Program-made: the position numbers and the translations under genes
Part shown: positions 20,725-30,713 of the stretch, piece by piece
Layout of the letters: each line of letters begins with the position of its first letter
How positions within the stretch are numbered: position 1 is the stretch's first letter
Notes under the pieces: model-generated
Databases searched by the model: none
The model's input: the letters and a program-made list of their open reading frames with translations, nothing else
Told to the model about the DNA's origin: nothing
Origin: Pseudobacteriovorax sp.
Lineage (GTDB): Bacteria; Bdellovibrionota_B; Oligoflexia; Oligoflexales; Oligoflexaceae
Length of the DNA: 64,000 bases
Direction of reading: 5' to 3'
Assembly (NCBI GenBank): GCA_050293845.1
Contig: JBNKNM010000001.1
Location: 41,552 to 105,551 of the forward strand

Positions 20725-21085
20725 TCTCAAGACTCAAATTACATAACTATCTATATTTATTAAAATAAAGATATTTTCTAAGGATACTATCCCATACAAG
20801 TAGGGGGGTTGATAGAGGTAGAGATGACTTAACCTGCACAATTCAGATCAAACCAAGCTATGACGCGATCCAAAAACTTTGGCGAGTATCGGGTTATGTA
20901 GTCACAGAACGAAGGAGCTAGTACAACATGGCGGCTATCAACATCCTCGTAAAGCTTGCCAGCTATGGACGCCGCAAAATTCTCACCATCTACCCTGACA
21001 CATCTGAGACAGAACTTAGACTTGCAAGAATGAGACACTACGTTATAAAAATCAACCGTATTTAATTGATATTACTACATATTTA

Positions 21086-21125
21086 CAAAAAGATGTGAAT
21101 CACTTGCAAGACGCAAGTTCACATC
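21086..21125 (-). terminator. Hairpin with a minus-strand U-tract (candidate intrinsic terminator with no annotated upstream gene)
   Basis: GATGTGA..ACTTGC-AAGAC-GCAAGT-TCACATC preceded by AAAAA on the + strand. Confidence 0.45.
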
Positions 21126-21333
21126 GAAATAAATTAAATAGCTATAGTAAGACCTGCACCGCAAAATTTACACCATCACATAAGTTGCAAGAGCATGGCT
21201 GATATCACTGCCACAGGAACGAAAGAAACAAAAAACTATTCCTTTTTCCCTAATAATTTTTATCCATGATAATCATGATTTTGCTATGCTACGGCAATTG
21301 ATCCGGAAACCGCATTAGCTTAGGGATGATTCT

Positions 21334-22779
21334 ATGCTCTATTTTTGCCTCTTCTTTATAGCCTTTTATACTTCTCACTTATCTGCCTACACCCTTACAG
21401 AAATCTTGTCCCTCAGTCGCAAACATGCAAAAGAAGCACAACTGTTCTATCAGGAAAAACAGCAAATAGAAGAGTTATCACGATCCCTGCAAAGTGCCTA
21501 TGATAGCCAACTGCGCTTTGATTTTACCGAAACCAAGGATGACGGTTTACTAAACCAACTCACCCAGGGCGAAAGACGTTATGGGATCAACAGAAAACTG
21601 GGGATTTCCCGCTACTTTCCTACAGGCACCACATTAAGCCTTAACAACGAATGGAATCAGCAAAAAGCCTATCTAAACTTTCCTACGAATCAAGCCAACT
21701 CCTTAAACCTTCCCCGTTTCAACCCCATCCATGAGTTTAAATATACCCTCACTATCCATCAGCAGATTTGGAAAAACCTCGGCGCAAAGCTTCTGACCTT
21801 ACAAGAGCAAGTAAAGCAACTTGCCTCTATCACTCCCGAATACGAAGCTGAAATAAAATCCCAAGCGATCCAATTTGAAGCCGCAACCCTTTACTTCCGT
21901 CTGATATCTCTCAACCACACTTTAACTTTAGTGAGAGATCTTATTAAAGAGTCTCATAACTTCCTAAGCCTGATAAAGCAGCGACGCACCTTGGGTCGTT
22001 CTGATGATGTGGATGTCGCTAGTGCAGAAACTGAATTAATAAAAAGAGAAGGTCTAGAACTCGATACATTGATACAACGAGATTTGATTAAGACTAGGCT
22101 CGCTCATCTTACTTTAAAGGGCAGCAAAACATTTACAAAACCCTTCCCTCTAACCTTTCCCCGCCACTACCCAAAATATAATACTGAAAAGCTCGTAGAG
22201 CAGGCGAAAACAAGTCGGCTTGATATACAGCTTGTAGATCGCTTGCTTGCGAGCATCCCTATCGAGGAGTCCCTTGTATCTGAACAGGAAAAACCAGAAG
22301 TAAACCTCTATGCAAGCTTTGGAAAAAGAGGGCTTGGTAAAAATCTACAAGATGCGAATCGCGATCTCGATAACGGTACCTTAGAACTCTATGGATTGGA
22401 ATTCGTCTGGAACTGGGAAAATCAGGGAACGGAGAGTCAAAGGGCCGCTCTGATGACAAAGAAAAATTCTCTGGATCTCCAAAAGCAAATTGCTCTGGAC
22501 CAAACAGCACGAGATCTTGAGCTAGCAGTGCAAAAATTTAAAGGAAGCAGAAACCAGGAAGCAAAATTCTTCCAGCAAATCAGGTCCTTATCTAAAAAGA
22601 TGCAGGCGGAACAGACCAAGTACCGGCAGGTACGAAGCGACCAAGCTGCCTTGAGTCGCTACCGCATCGAGATCATTATTGCTAAACTAGAAGAGTGGGA
22701 AGCCATTACTGCCAGTCGCCTCCATGCAAATGAAATCCGCTGGTTGACCCATGGATACCCAAGACAGTTTGTCCGGTAA
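21334..22779 (+). CDS. TolC/outer-membrane efflux family protein
   Basis: Signal peptide; 481 aa; two helical/beta repeats (QQIWKN, GRSDDVDVASAE, SRLDI, KPEVNLYAS). Confidence 0.75.
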   Translation: MLYFCLFFIAFYTSHLSAYTLTEILSLSRKHAKEAQLFYQEKQQIEELSRSLQSAYDSQLRFDFTETKDDGLLNQLTQGERRYGINRKLGISRYFPTGTTLSLNNEWNQQKAYLNFPTNQANSLNLPRFNPIHEFKYTLTIHQQIWKNLGAKLLTLQEQVKQLASITPEYEAEIKSQAIQFEAATLYFRLISLNHTLTLVRDLIKESHNFLSLIKQRRTLGRSDDVDVASAETELIKREGLELDTLIQRDLIKTRLAHLTLKGSKTFTKPFPLTFPRHYPKYNTEKLVEQAKTSRLDIQLVDRLLASIPIEESLVSEQEKPEVNLYASFGKRGLGKNLQDANRDLDNGTLELYGLEFVWNWENQGTESQRAALMTKKNSLDLQKQIALDQTARDLELAVQKFKGSRNQEAKFFQQIRSLSKKMQAEQTKYRQVRSDQAALSRYRIEIIIAKLEEWEAITASRLHANEIRWLTHGYPRQFVR

Positions 22780-22918
22780 CTCCATCACTCACTTGTAGGC
22801 AGGCGCATTAGTCTGCGCTTAGGAGTGCAAAATTGTGTCCTTCAAATGCTCATTGCAAGGTCAACAAACTATGGGGTAATGTGCTTGCCCAATACTATTC
22901 CAAAGTGAAGGGCGCGAT

Positions 22919-25234
22919 GTGGAAACTTTCAAGACACTAAACGGCGATGATGCCAAAATAGTAGCTGAAGAAGAGTCATTTTTGCGCGAAATTCAAAATG
23001 ACATTATGCAATCTTTTCAAAGGCGCCGAAATGATAGGGAACATGCCAGTAAAAGACTAGAAGGCCTTCGCGATGAAGCGGTCAAAGCCAAAGCTGACGA
23101 TCTACCGGCCCTATTTGATCAAATGCATACCCAAAGGGCCCTGATGGAAAGGTCCCCCGAAGAAAAAATTCCCGAACCCTTGTCACCTTACTTCGCCCAT
23201 ATGCAACTACAAGAAAATGGCAAAATTAGGCATGTCTTTCTAGGGCGTCAAACCTATCTAGGCTATCGAAAAGCCCCTATTATCGATTGGCGACATGCAC
23301 CGGTGGCCCGAATTTTCTTCAATTATCGCGAAGGAGACGAATACGAAGAGAAACTCCCAGGACGCCTCGCTATGGGAACTATGGTAGCACGTCGTATCCT
23401 ATCCATTGAAAAAGGCAAGCTAGTTCAGATAGTTACACCAAAAAAATGCTACGCCCTCATGGAAAATGGATGGCACGTCAACGATGGTATGATGCTACCA
23501 AACCTCAAGGGTGGCGCAGGAACAGCCCGCCGCACCCAATCTATTGGTACTGGCCAATCAGGTCGTCCTAGCCCTGATATCGCAGCCCTTCTAGATCCAG
23601 ATCAATTCCGCATCCTCAACTCGCCATCGGATGATCCTCTTCTTATACTCGGTGGTGCCGGTTGCGGAAAAACCACAGTGGCCCTTCACCGCATGGCCTA
23701 CCTCAATTATAAGAACCCCAAAAAATTTAATCCCAAAAGGATGGTAGTCATCGTACCTGAGGAGGGTTTAGTAAGGCTCTCAGGGCGGTTACTCCAAGGC
23801 TTAGGATTAGGAAAGGTAGAGATTCTTACCTTTGATCATTGGATTAGCCGACAAGCGAGACAAATCATCCGCGGTCTCCCCAGAAAAGTTTATCCTGACA
23901 CTCCAGGAAATGTCGTCCGCTTTAAGCGTCATCCAGCGATACGCGCAGCTTTTAAAGAATTAGTACAACAACAGGTCAATGAATTGGCTAAGCTTTGCGA
24001 GACAAAGCTACCTGGCTTTCGCCCTTTCTCCTCCCTGCTAAGGAATCGAGACGACTTATCTCTTCTGGAACGAATTCAACTTGCAGAACAGGAATACCTA
24101 CAAAACTTGAAGGGAGCAGAAAACAAATCAAAGCAACAGCGAAGGAATGTCGTCCATAAATTTTTTGATGAAGTGCGCCGCGAGGCTATGGATGTTTGCC
24201 AGGATCGCTTGGACTTGTTCTCCAATCGCGATATGCTTCAATGGATTGTAAGCCACTCCCAGGGGCAACTTGCCCCCGTTGTCATCGATCAGGTTCTCAG
24301 CCATTCAGTCGAACAATTCGGTGATTCTATCCAACAGCGCCTTCAAAATGTGGATTCTCAAAAGCTTGCGACCATTGATGGTACCTCTTTATTTGAGCAG
24401 GAAAGAGGTGAGGTATCGGGTACAATTGATAGCGAAGACTTTGCCATACTATTGGAGCTTTACTTCTTTAAAAAGGGCCATGCTTCTTATCGTGGAAGTA
24501 TTAAAGAGTACACTCATATTGTCATTGACGAGGCCCAAGATCTGGCTCCCTTAGAGAGAAATGTCCTTGGCCGTGCCCTAGCACCAGATGCGGCCATAAC
24601 CATCGCCGGAGATTCTGCCCAGCAAATAGATCCATCGACCTCCTTTCAATCATGGGAACATGTTCTTGACCAGCTAGGTGTGGCTCGGGTACATGCTAAC
24701 CACCTGACAACAACTTACCGATCCACCGAGCCCATAGCTGCCTTTGCCCACAAAATCTTAGGACCGTTTGCCCCACAAAGACCGCCTCTAGCGATCAAAG
24801 ACGGTGCTCCGGTTAGCTTTTCAGTTTTCCGCAATGAGGGTCAATTAGCTCTGATGCTAAATGAAGCACTCACAGACCTTATCACTACAGAACCCCATGC
24901 CAGCATTGCTATTATCGCTAAAGAGTTTGAAACCTCACAGCGGCTATACGAAGTTCTGAAGGATATTCCCAAAACTCGATTAGTTTATGGCGGAGATTTT
25001 GAATTCCGCCCGGGAATAGAGATAACAGAAGCAAGCCAAGTCAAAGGCTTAGAGTTTGATTACGTGATTATTCCCGATGCTAGCTTTGCCATCTACCACG
25101 CTAGCCCAGAGGATCGCCGCCTGATGCATGTCGCAGCAACCCGTGCCATCCATCAGCTTTGGGTCATTGCTCTTATCGAACCCTCAGTAATTATTAAGGA
25201 TATCATACCGAACACCTTAGAGGAGTTAACATGA
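22919..25234 (+). CDS. HelD-like superfamily 1 (UvrD/Rep) helicase/ATPase
   Basis: SPYFAH, IIDWRHAP, GGAGCGKTTVALHRMAYL, IDEAQD, GDSAQ, YRST, KGLEFD, VAATRA. Confidence 0.85.
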   Translation: METFKTLNGDDAKIVAEEESFLREIQNDIMQSFQRRRNDREHASKRLEGLRDEAVKAKADDLPALFDQMHTQRALMERSPEEKIPEPLSPYFAHMQLQENGKIRHVFLGRQTYLGYRKAPIIDWRHAPVARIFFNYREGDEYEEKLPGRLAMGTMVARRILSIEKGKLVQIVTPKKCYALMENGWHVNDGMMLPNLKGGAGTARRTQSIGTGQSGRPSPDIAALLDPDQFRILNSPSDDPLLILGGAGCGKTTVALHRMAYLNYKNPKKFNPKRMVVIVPEEGLVRLSGRLLQGLGLGKVEILTFDHWISRQARQIIRGLPRKVYPDTPGNVVRFKRHPAIRAAFKELVQQQVNELAKLCETKLPGFRPFSSLLRNRDDLSLLERIQLAEQEYLQNLKGAENKSKQQRRNVVHKFFDEVRREAMDVCQDRLDLFSNRDMLQWIVSHSQGQLAPVVIDQVLSHSVEQFGDSIQQRLQNVDSQKLATIDGTSLFEQERGEVSGTIDSEDFAILLELYFFKKGHASYRGSIKEYTHIVIDEAQDLAPLERNVLGRALAPDAAITIAGDSAQQIDPSTSFQSWEHVLDQLGVARVHANHLTTTYRSTEPIAAFAHKILGPFAPQRPPLAIKDGAPVSFSVFRNEGQLALMLNEALTDLITTEPHASIAIIAKEFETSQRLYEVLKDIPKTRLVYGGDFEFRPGIEITEASQVKGLEFDYVIIPDASFAIYHASPEDRRLMHVAATRAIHQLWVIALIEPSVIIKDIIPNTLEELT

Positions 25235-25887
25235 AGCTCATCGCCCTGCTTGCAGCTTTTTTTATCGATACACAGATAGCAAGGTCAGCGCAAAACTATT
25301 TTAACTTTGCCAATCAACCGTCCCACGAAATAGTTTTTGATGACATTGCAAAGACCAGTTTTGATAAAAAAGATCATAGTATCCATATGAAGGTCCTTAA
25401 GTCAGCTTCGGTACTTCTCTACCCTTTTTCCAACATAGTTAAGACTAAGGCAGTCAGTTTCGAGTGGAAATATCAAGGAACACTTAAGGTAAAAAGCAAA
25501 GCTCACCAAGCTAGTAAAGGAGGCGATGACGCCATACTACGAGTCGGTCTATTAGTAAGTGGGAAGCCCCCCTTGGTTCCGTTTTTTGCCCCATCATGGA
25601 TAAAAAAAACGCAGCATATCCTCTTACAGCCTTCAAACAAGTTGCTTTACCTGACTGTTGGCAGCGAATTTGATCCTGGCAATATTTGGGAGAGTCCCTA
25701 CTCTTCAAGTATCCAAAGCATTGCTGTGGCTTCCAAGTCAAAAGCGGATGGTTTTTTGTATTCATCACACAGATTTGCAAACTACAAGAAATTGGTAGGT
25801 TTATGGATCATGGCTGATGGTGATAATACAGGAAGCCAGTTTACTGTGGTGTTGCGGAACTTGCAGATTTACGAGTTGGCGGACTGA
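25231..25887 (+). CDS. DUF3047-family exported protein
   Basis: Signal peptide; SFEWK, GGDDAILRV, IMADGDNTG; ATGA-coupled to the helicase. Confidence 0.7.
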   Translation: MKLIALLAAFFIDTQIARSAQNYFNFANQPSHEIVFDDIAKTSFDKKDHSIHMKVLKSASVLLYPFSNIVKTKAVSFEWKYQGTLKVKSKAHQASKGGDDAILRVGLLVSGKPPLVPFFAPSWIKKTQHILLQPSNKLLYLTVGSEFDPGNIWESPYSSSIQSIAVASKSKADGFLYSSHRFANYKKLVGLWIMADGDNTGSQFTVVLRNLQIYELAD

Positions 25888-26181
25888 CTAGCTCTTTTGA
25901 AGATTTCTCTAAAAAGCCCAGTAAGGCCGTGGGAGGAGTTTATAGGGTTTCCTAGGCTACATTCTCTTACCCAGAACACCTCAGTCCGCCTATTCGCAGA
26001 TGAATGATTCAATTTCTTACTGCAAGAAATTTTCCAAAACAACCCACTGATAATTAGCTAATATGCTTGCATTGATAATGATTGTAGCTCACCTATGCGA
26101 ATATCTTTTGGACAAATTATGAGTTTCTGTCATGATATTAGACAAAATACTCAAAATAATTCAAGCTATTGAGGTTGCAGA

Positions 26182-26886
26182 ATGATTCATATTAAAAACA
26201 TAATTTTGTGGCTTGTTGTTACCGGTTTGGGGAGTTGTGCGACCTACTATCATGAAACCAGGGTTAATGTCTTGTCACCAACACATAAGGCTGATGAATT
26301 GATTATTATGAATTTTTCTAAAGACAAAGGGCTGAACAGTATGCAGCCGGGATGGTATAATATTTTCCCAAATGGCCAATCATCCAGAAGAAAAACGATT
26401 CCCTTTGTGGAAGTAGATGGCAAGTCATGTGCTGAGCTTAAAACTCGTGCCTCCGTGACTAATTTGTTTCGTGAAGTGGATATCCCTGTCGATCAGTTTC
26501 CTATACTATCGTGGGAGTGGAGTGTAGTCCAACACATTGCCAGTACTTTAGATGAACGCACCATAGAAGGAGACGATCACCCTATCAGAATTATCATCAC
26601 TTTAGAAACCACATCTAACGCTCAGAAAGAGCTAGAGTTTGTCTGGGGCAACGAAATAACTGCCCCACAGTTGATTATGGTGGATGCATCACCGCGCTTC
26701 GTCGTAAGGGGTGGTACTTCTCGAGGCTGGTTCACTGAGCGTATTAATCTACTTGAATTATACGAAAAGTATTGGCCTCAGGAAGAGCCGATACGCATTA
26801 CCGATATAGGTATTGCCAGCGATACCGATCAAACCCACAGCGAAAGCTTATCCTATATTGCCAATCTGAGGGTTAGTCGCCTCTAA
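26182..26886 (+). CDS. DUF3047-family lipoprotein
   Basis: Lipobox LGS-C; PILSWEW, EGDDHPIRI, FVWG, IASDTDQT. Confidence 0.75.
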   Translation: MIHIKNIILWLVVTGLGSCATYYHETRVNVLSPTHKADELIIMNFSKDKGLNSMQPGWYNIFPNGQSSRRKTIPFVEVDGKSCAELKTRASVTNLFREVDIPVDQFPILSWEWSVVQHIASTLDERTIEGDDHPIRIIITLETTSNAQKELEFVWGNEITAPQLIMVDASPRFVVRGGTSRGWFTERINLLELYEKYWPQEEPIRITDIGIASDTDQTHSESLSYIANLRVSRL

Positions 26887-26976
26887 GTGTCTCACTCCTT
26901 AGCAGGCGAAAATCGCCCATACGCCTGCCTTTCTTTTAAAATACGACAATTGTTATTAGTTCTCCGATAACGGTAG

Positions 26977-26992
26977 TGGCATTCTACTTGCA
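26977..26992 (+). promoter_or_regulatory. Candidate sigma-54 (-24/-12) promoter
   Basis: TGGCATTCTACTTGCA = TGGCA...TTGCA with GG-N10-GC spacing, just upstream of the 27009 ORF. Confidence 0.6.
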
Positions 26993-27008
26993 TACAATAC
27001 ATTGATAC

Positions 27009-28238
27009 TTGCTGATTGCTGTAATCTTGGAGCTGATAGTGATAAATTTTTCTTTGCGCTTCTGGTTCATTTCTATCTTATATTATGTATTAGCGCATGG
27101 AGCTACCTATGGTGCTGATATCAGCGGCCAACAGGTTCTTTATGGACAATCGGGAGCTACCGTCGACGCCTTCCTATTGGACCGCCATCACCAGCAGGTG
27201 ACATTTAGCGCCGATAATATAAGTGACCTAAACATCATTCCTGGGCAACCCTATAAAGGAAACACGACAAACGTGGCCTATACCCATGTTTATGGCTGGA
27301 CAGATCAGCTAACACTAGGAATATCCTTAGCTGCTATTAAAGAAAAGCTGTCCCAAGAATATCTCGATTTTGCTGCAGATCCCAAGACTCATTTACAAGG
27401 CGAAATATTTCTCAAATACCGGCTATGGCGAAGCCAAAATCTCACAATCACAGCTATTCCTTTTATCGAGTCGGGATTTGCTAAGGCCAATCGTTTTAGT
27501 TACGGCTCCAAAACCCGTGTCGGTACACTGCTGAGTTCTAATTATCGTTTCGGAGTCCTAGACTTAGGCGTTAATCTGCACCTTAGATATCGTCCCGCAG
27601 CAATTCACGGTATCTACCGTGTCGCCAGCGACTCGGGTTTTAGCGTGCAACCACGCCTCAGAGTTGCTGATCTTCAACTGTGGACTGAAATTTCCCAACG
27701 GAGTATTGCTATTCTTAATATCAACCATTCAAATAGTAATTACACGACAAGCAACACCCAGAATCTTGCAGTAGGGCTTCACAAACAGTTTGCATTTGGA
27801 AATATAGAATTCGGCTTCGCCCGATCCATACAACCTAACTCCTTAGGTTCGACTCCCCTGCGAGTGAATTTAGCCTATTCCATGGTCATTCAAGGATCTG
27901 ATCCCAAGCCTAGCCCCCTCCATCAGTCGCCTTACGATGACAGTTTATCACCGGGTCGTAAAATCTATTGGTTGGATCAATTGCGACGCCAGATGGTGAA
28001 GCGCAACACTAAATCCCTTAATAACTTCGAAAATTTCTCAATTAGCGGAGAAACGGTCCCTTCCGTCGATAACGAAGTATCAGTGGAAGAAGAAACAGCT
28101 AAGGCAGATCAAGAAATCAAACGCTTGCGAGAAGTGGAACAAAAAATGAAAAAGTACTCACGGCCTAAAGCCGACAGTCAACCGACCCCGTCGAAAGTAA
28201 CTGCTCCAGCATTAATTCCTGTAAACGTAGACATTTGA
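27009..28238 (+). CDS. Hypothetical outer-membrane beta-barrel-like protein with a charged C-terminal tail (start uncertain)
   Basis: Signal-like N-terminus, amphipathic strands (LKYRLW, LGVNLHLRYR, RVNLAY), coiled-coil/Pro tail. Confidence 0.55.
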   Translation: MLIAVILELIVINFSLRFWFISILYYVLAHGATYGADISGQQVLYGQSGATVDAFLLDRHHQQVTFSADNISDLNIIPGQPYKGNTTNVAYTHVYGWTDQLTLGISLAAIKEKLSQEYLDFAADPKTHLQGEIFLKYRLWRSQNLTITAIPFIESGFAKANRFSYGSKTRVGTLLSSNYRFGVLDLGVNLHLRYRPAAIHGIYRVASDSGFSVQPRLRVADLQLWTEISQRSIAILNINHSNSNYTTSNTQNLAVGLHKQFAFGNIEFGFARSIQPNSLGSTPLRVNLAYSMVIQGSDPKPSPLHQSPYDDSLSPGRKIYWLDQLRRQMVKRNTKSLNNFENFSISGETVPSVDNEVSVEEETAKADQEIKRLREVEQKMKKYSRPKADSQPTPSKVTAPALIPVNVDI

Positions 28239-28308
28239 GCCAAGCCTATTATACAGCTTGACAATAAGACTTGTTGTCATTCCAGCTAAAAGCCCTAGTA
28301 TCGGGCAT

Positions 28309-29109
28309 ATGAGTGAGATAATTCTTTCAAAAATGAAATCAGAGTACCGTGATGGAAAGGATGTCTTATATTACCTAGACACTCCTTCAGGTTTTTTAAA
28401 CCTCAATCAACATATCGGCCATGATATAACATTCTCCTTTCAGGGTAATGTTTTTTGCACTAGCTGTGGTAAAAAAGCTCGTAAAAGCTTTAACCAAGGA
28501 TACTGCTACCCCTGTTTTCGGAGCCTAGCTTGTTGCGATATCTGCGTCATCAAACCAGAGTTATGTCACTACAGTAAGGGAACCTGCCGAGAGCCGGCAT
28601 GGGGGGAAGCCCACTGTCTGATTCCCCATACTGTCTACCTATCCAATTCGTCTGGCCTTAAGGTAGGTATAACCCGTGGAAAGCAGCCCATCACGCGATG
28701 GATCGACCAAGGGGCTAATGAGGCCATTACTATAGGATTCGCTGAAAGCCGTTTAGCAGCAGGTAAGGCTGAGGTTCTACTAAAACAGCGTTTTAAAGAT
28801 AAGACTAATTGGCGCAAAATGCTTTCCGGTAGTGGTGAAACTGTCGATCTACTACAAGAAAAGCAAGAGGCATTAAATATATTAGGTGACAGCCAGACTA
28901 TGGAACCAGTAGTCATGGAGCCTATTAGGATTCGCTATCCTATTCACAGATTTCCCGAAAAAATCAAATCCCATAATTTTGATAAGACTCCTACTATCAC
29001 GGGCCGGCTAGATGGTATCAAAGGGCAATACCTTATCCTCACTACAGGAGTCCTCAATATTCGCAAATTCGGCGGCTATTCTGTCAGTTTTTCTAGCACC
29101 TTAGATTGA
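28309..29109 (+). CDS. DUF2797-family zinc-binding protein
   Basis: CTSCG, SFNQGYCYPCF, CDIC, PHTVYLSNSSGLKVGITR, RWIDQGA, DKTNWRKML, GIKGQYL. Confidence 0.85.
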   Translation: MSEIILSKMKSEYRDGKDVLYYLDTPSGFLNLNQHIGHDITFSFQGNVFCTSCGKKARKSFNQGYCYPCFRSLACCDICVIKPELCHYSKGTCREPAWGEAHCLIPHTVYLSNSSGLKVGITRGKQPITRWIDQGANEAITIGFAESRLAAGKAEVLLKQRFKDKTNWRKMLSGSGETVDLLQEKQEALNILGDSQTMEPVVMEPIRIRYPIHRFPEKIKSHNFDKTPTITGRLDGIKGQYLILTTGVLNIRKFGGYSVSFSSTLD

Positions 29110-30680
29110 TTCAGAATGGCGTCAAAGCCGTCCTTTTCCTCTGCATTTTCAGCTTCAGCAGCCTCTTCATCGAGCATATCCTGAAAAAATGAGACCTCTT
29201 TTACAATAGCTGAATCTGACAGTTCTTCGACTTCGATTTCCTGGACAGCCAACTCTTCGGGTATGCTGCTGTTTTTATTTTTAGCAAGATAGCTGGCCGC
29301 TATATCTCTATATTCACTAACATATTTAGTGGGAACGGGATAGCTCTGCATTTTTTTACTGAGCCAAAGGCTCACTGTGCGACTGGGGTCAAATCGAGCA
29401 GCTGCATAATATAGGCTATTAATGTTATCTGGATTGGCAACAAGGACTTTTAAAATTTGCAGTCTATTTTGCGCATCAACCACTCTGATGGCCTGTCTCA
29501 TAACATAAAAATCAGCAGCAGTTGGGTTTGCAGATAGCTTGCGAAAATAATTTCTTAGTAGATGAGGTCGTGCCCCACTTATGACCTGATCTATAGTATC
29601 TATATCCAGCTCGAGTCCTAGCTCTACTAGCCCTAACAGCGCTTCCATGCGTGCCCACAGCTTAGGTTGTTCCAAGGCTTCAAACAATAGCGCTTCAGAA
29701 CCAGGAATATGACTTGCACGGATCTCCTTGATAGTGCTGTAGCGGCGATAAGGATAGCGATGAGACAAGCCAAAACGCCATTTTTCCTTCTGTGATGGGG
29801 TCAGAGAACCAGCAACTTTAATGGGTTTCGCTACAGGATTAGGCAACGGCCAGTAGGGATTCTCAATATCTGAAATATTTACCCTTCTGGGAGTTCGGGG
29901 AGCAACCCGCAGCATCCTTTTTCTAGCTTTTTTGTCATCAGTCATGGTTTTTGCTGACTCTGTGGCTGGGATATCATCCAAAACTAGCTTGGTTTCTGAA
30001 AAAAAAGGCTTAGCTAGGGCGAACATGCGATCCACTGTGTTACCGACGAAGGCTGCCTCAAACCCCTCCTGGGCCCATATCCAATACCCCCCACCTAGCA
30101 TTAGAGCTAGAGCTAACCATTTTAGACTAATACCTTTTTTTTTCTTTTCCCTGGCTATCTCAAAGCTTCCTGTCAGTTCTGCACGCTTCACACCGCGTGT
30201 CTCGTGAAACTTCATGTTTTCTATTCTAGAGGGCTCAGTTGTCATACCTGACGTGGAGGAGTTATCTTCAAAATGGAAGGAAGAGAGCGAATAATCATCG
30301 TTCTTGTCCTTTTCCCTAACCGGGTCACTTTCTGTGACGGATGAAGCAAATTCTGGAATTCTCTGGGATTCCATGGCCCCGTCTTGATACTGAATCTCCT
30401 CGGTATCATCCAAGCTTTTAGTTTGCGAAATTTGCGACGCAATCTGACTTGATGATGACTGTGCCATATCCAATAACTGGTTAACATCCTTAGCAGTTGC
30501 TGTAGTGCGACTAAGATCTATTTTTTTGGCATGACTCTCTGGTACAGCTTCGGTGTGTTCTGCCTCGTTAAATTTTTCTAGACCCAGGTCTAAACCTGTT
30601 AATCCCATCGTTTCAGTGTTATGCTCTTCAAATTCAAGATCAACATTCGAAAGGTCAATGGTTTTCTTGTTTTCGATCAT
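29076..30680 (-). CDS. Hypothetical single-pass membrane protein: acidic disordered N-terminus, HEAT-like helical C-terminal domain
   Basis: 534 aa; KKKK followed by TM LKWLALALMLGGGYWIWA; ARMEALLGL-type helices; acidic tail. Confidence 0.6.
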   Translation of the reverse strand: MIENKKTIDLSNVDLEFEEHNTETMGLTGLDLGLEKFNEAEHTEAVPESHAKKIDLSRTTATAKDVNQLLDMAQSSSSQIASQISQTKSLDDTEEIQYQDGAMESQRIPEFASSVTESDPVREKDKNDDYSLSSFHFEDNSSTSGMTTEPSRIENMKFHETRGVKRAELTGSFEIAREKKKKGISLKWLALALMLGGGYWIWAQEGFEAAFVGNTVDRMFALAKPFFSETKLVLDDIPATESAKTMTDDKKARKRMLRVAPRTPRRVNISDIENPYWPLPNPVAKPIKVAGSLTPSQKEKWRFGLSHRYPYRRYSTIKEIRASHIPGSEALLFEALEQPKLWARMEALLGLVELGLELDIDTIDQVISGARPHLLRNYFRKLSANPTAADFYVMRQAIRVVDAQNRLQILKVLVANPDNINSLYYAAARFDPSRTVSLWLSKKMQSYPVPTKYVSEYRDIAASYLAKNKNSSIPEELAVQEIEVEELSDSAIVKEVSFFQDMLDEEAAEAENAEEKDGFDAILNQSKVLEKLTE

Positions 30681-30713
30681 GGGTATGAATTTCCGCTTTT
30701 ATGCCTTATCTCC

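Noticed and set aside
20829..21038. 69-aa minus-strand ORF in the GT2-tolC gap
   Set aside because: No RBS or recognisable motif; lies downstream of a minus-strand terminator-like hairpin
26071..26090. GATAATGAT half Fur box before the second DUF3047 gene
   Set aside because: Only one half-site matches, in AT-rich DNA
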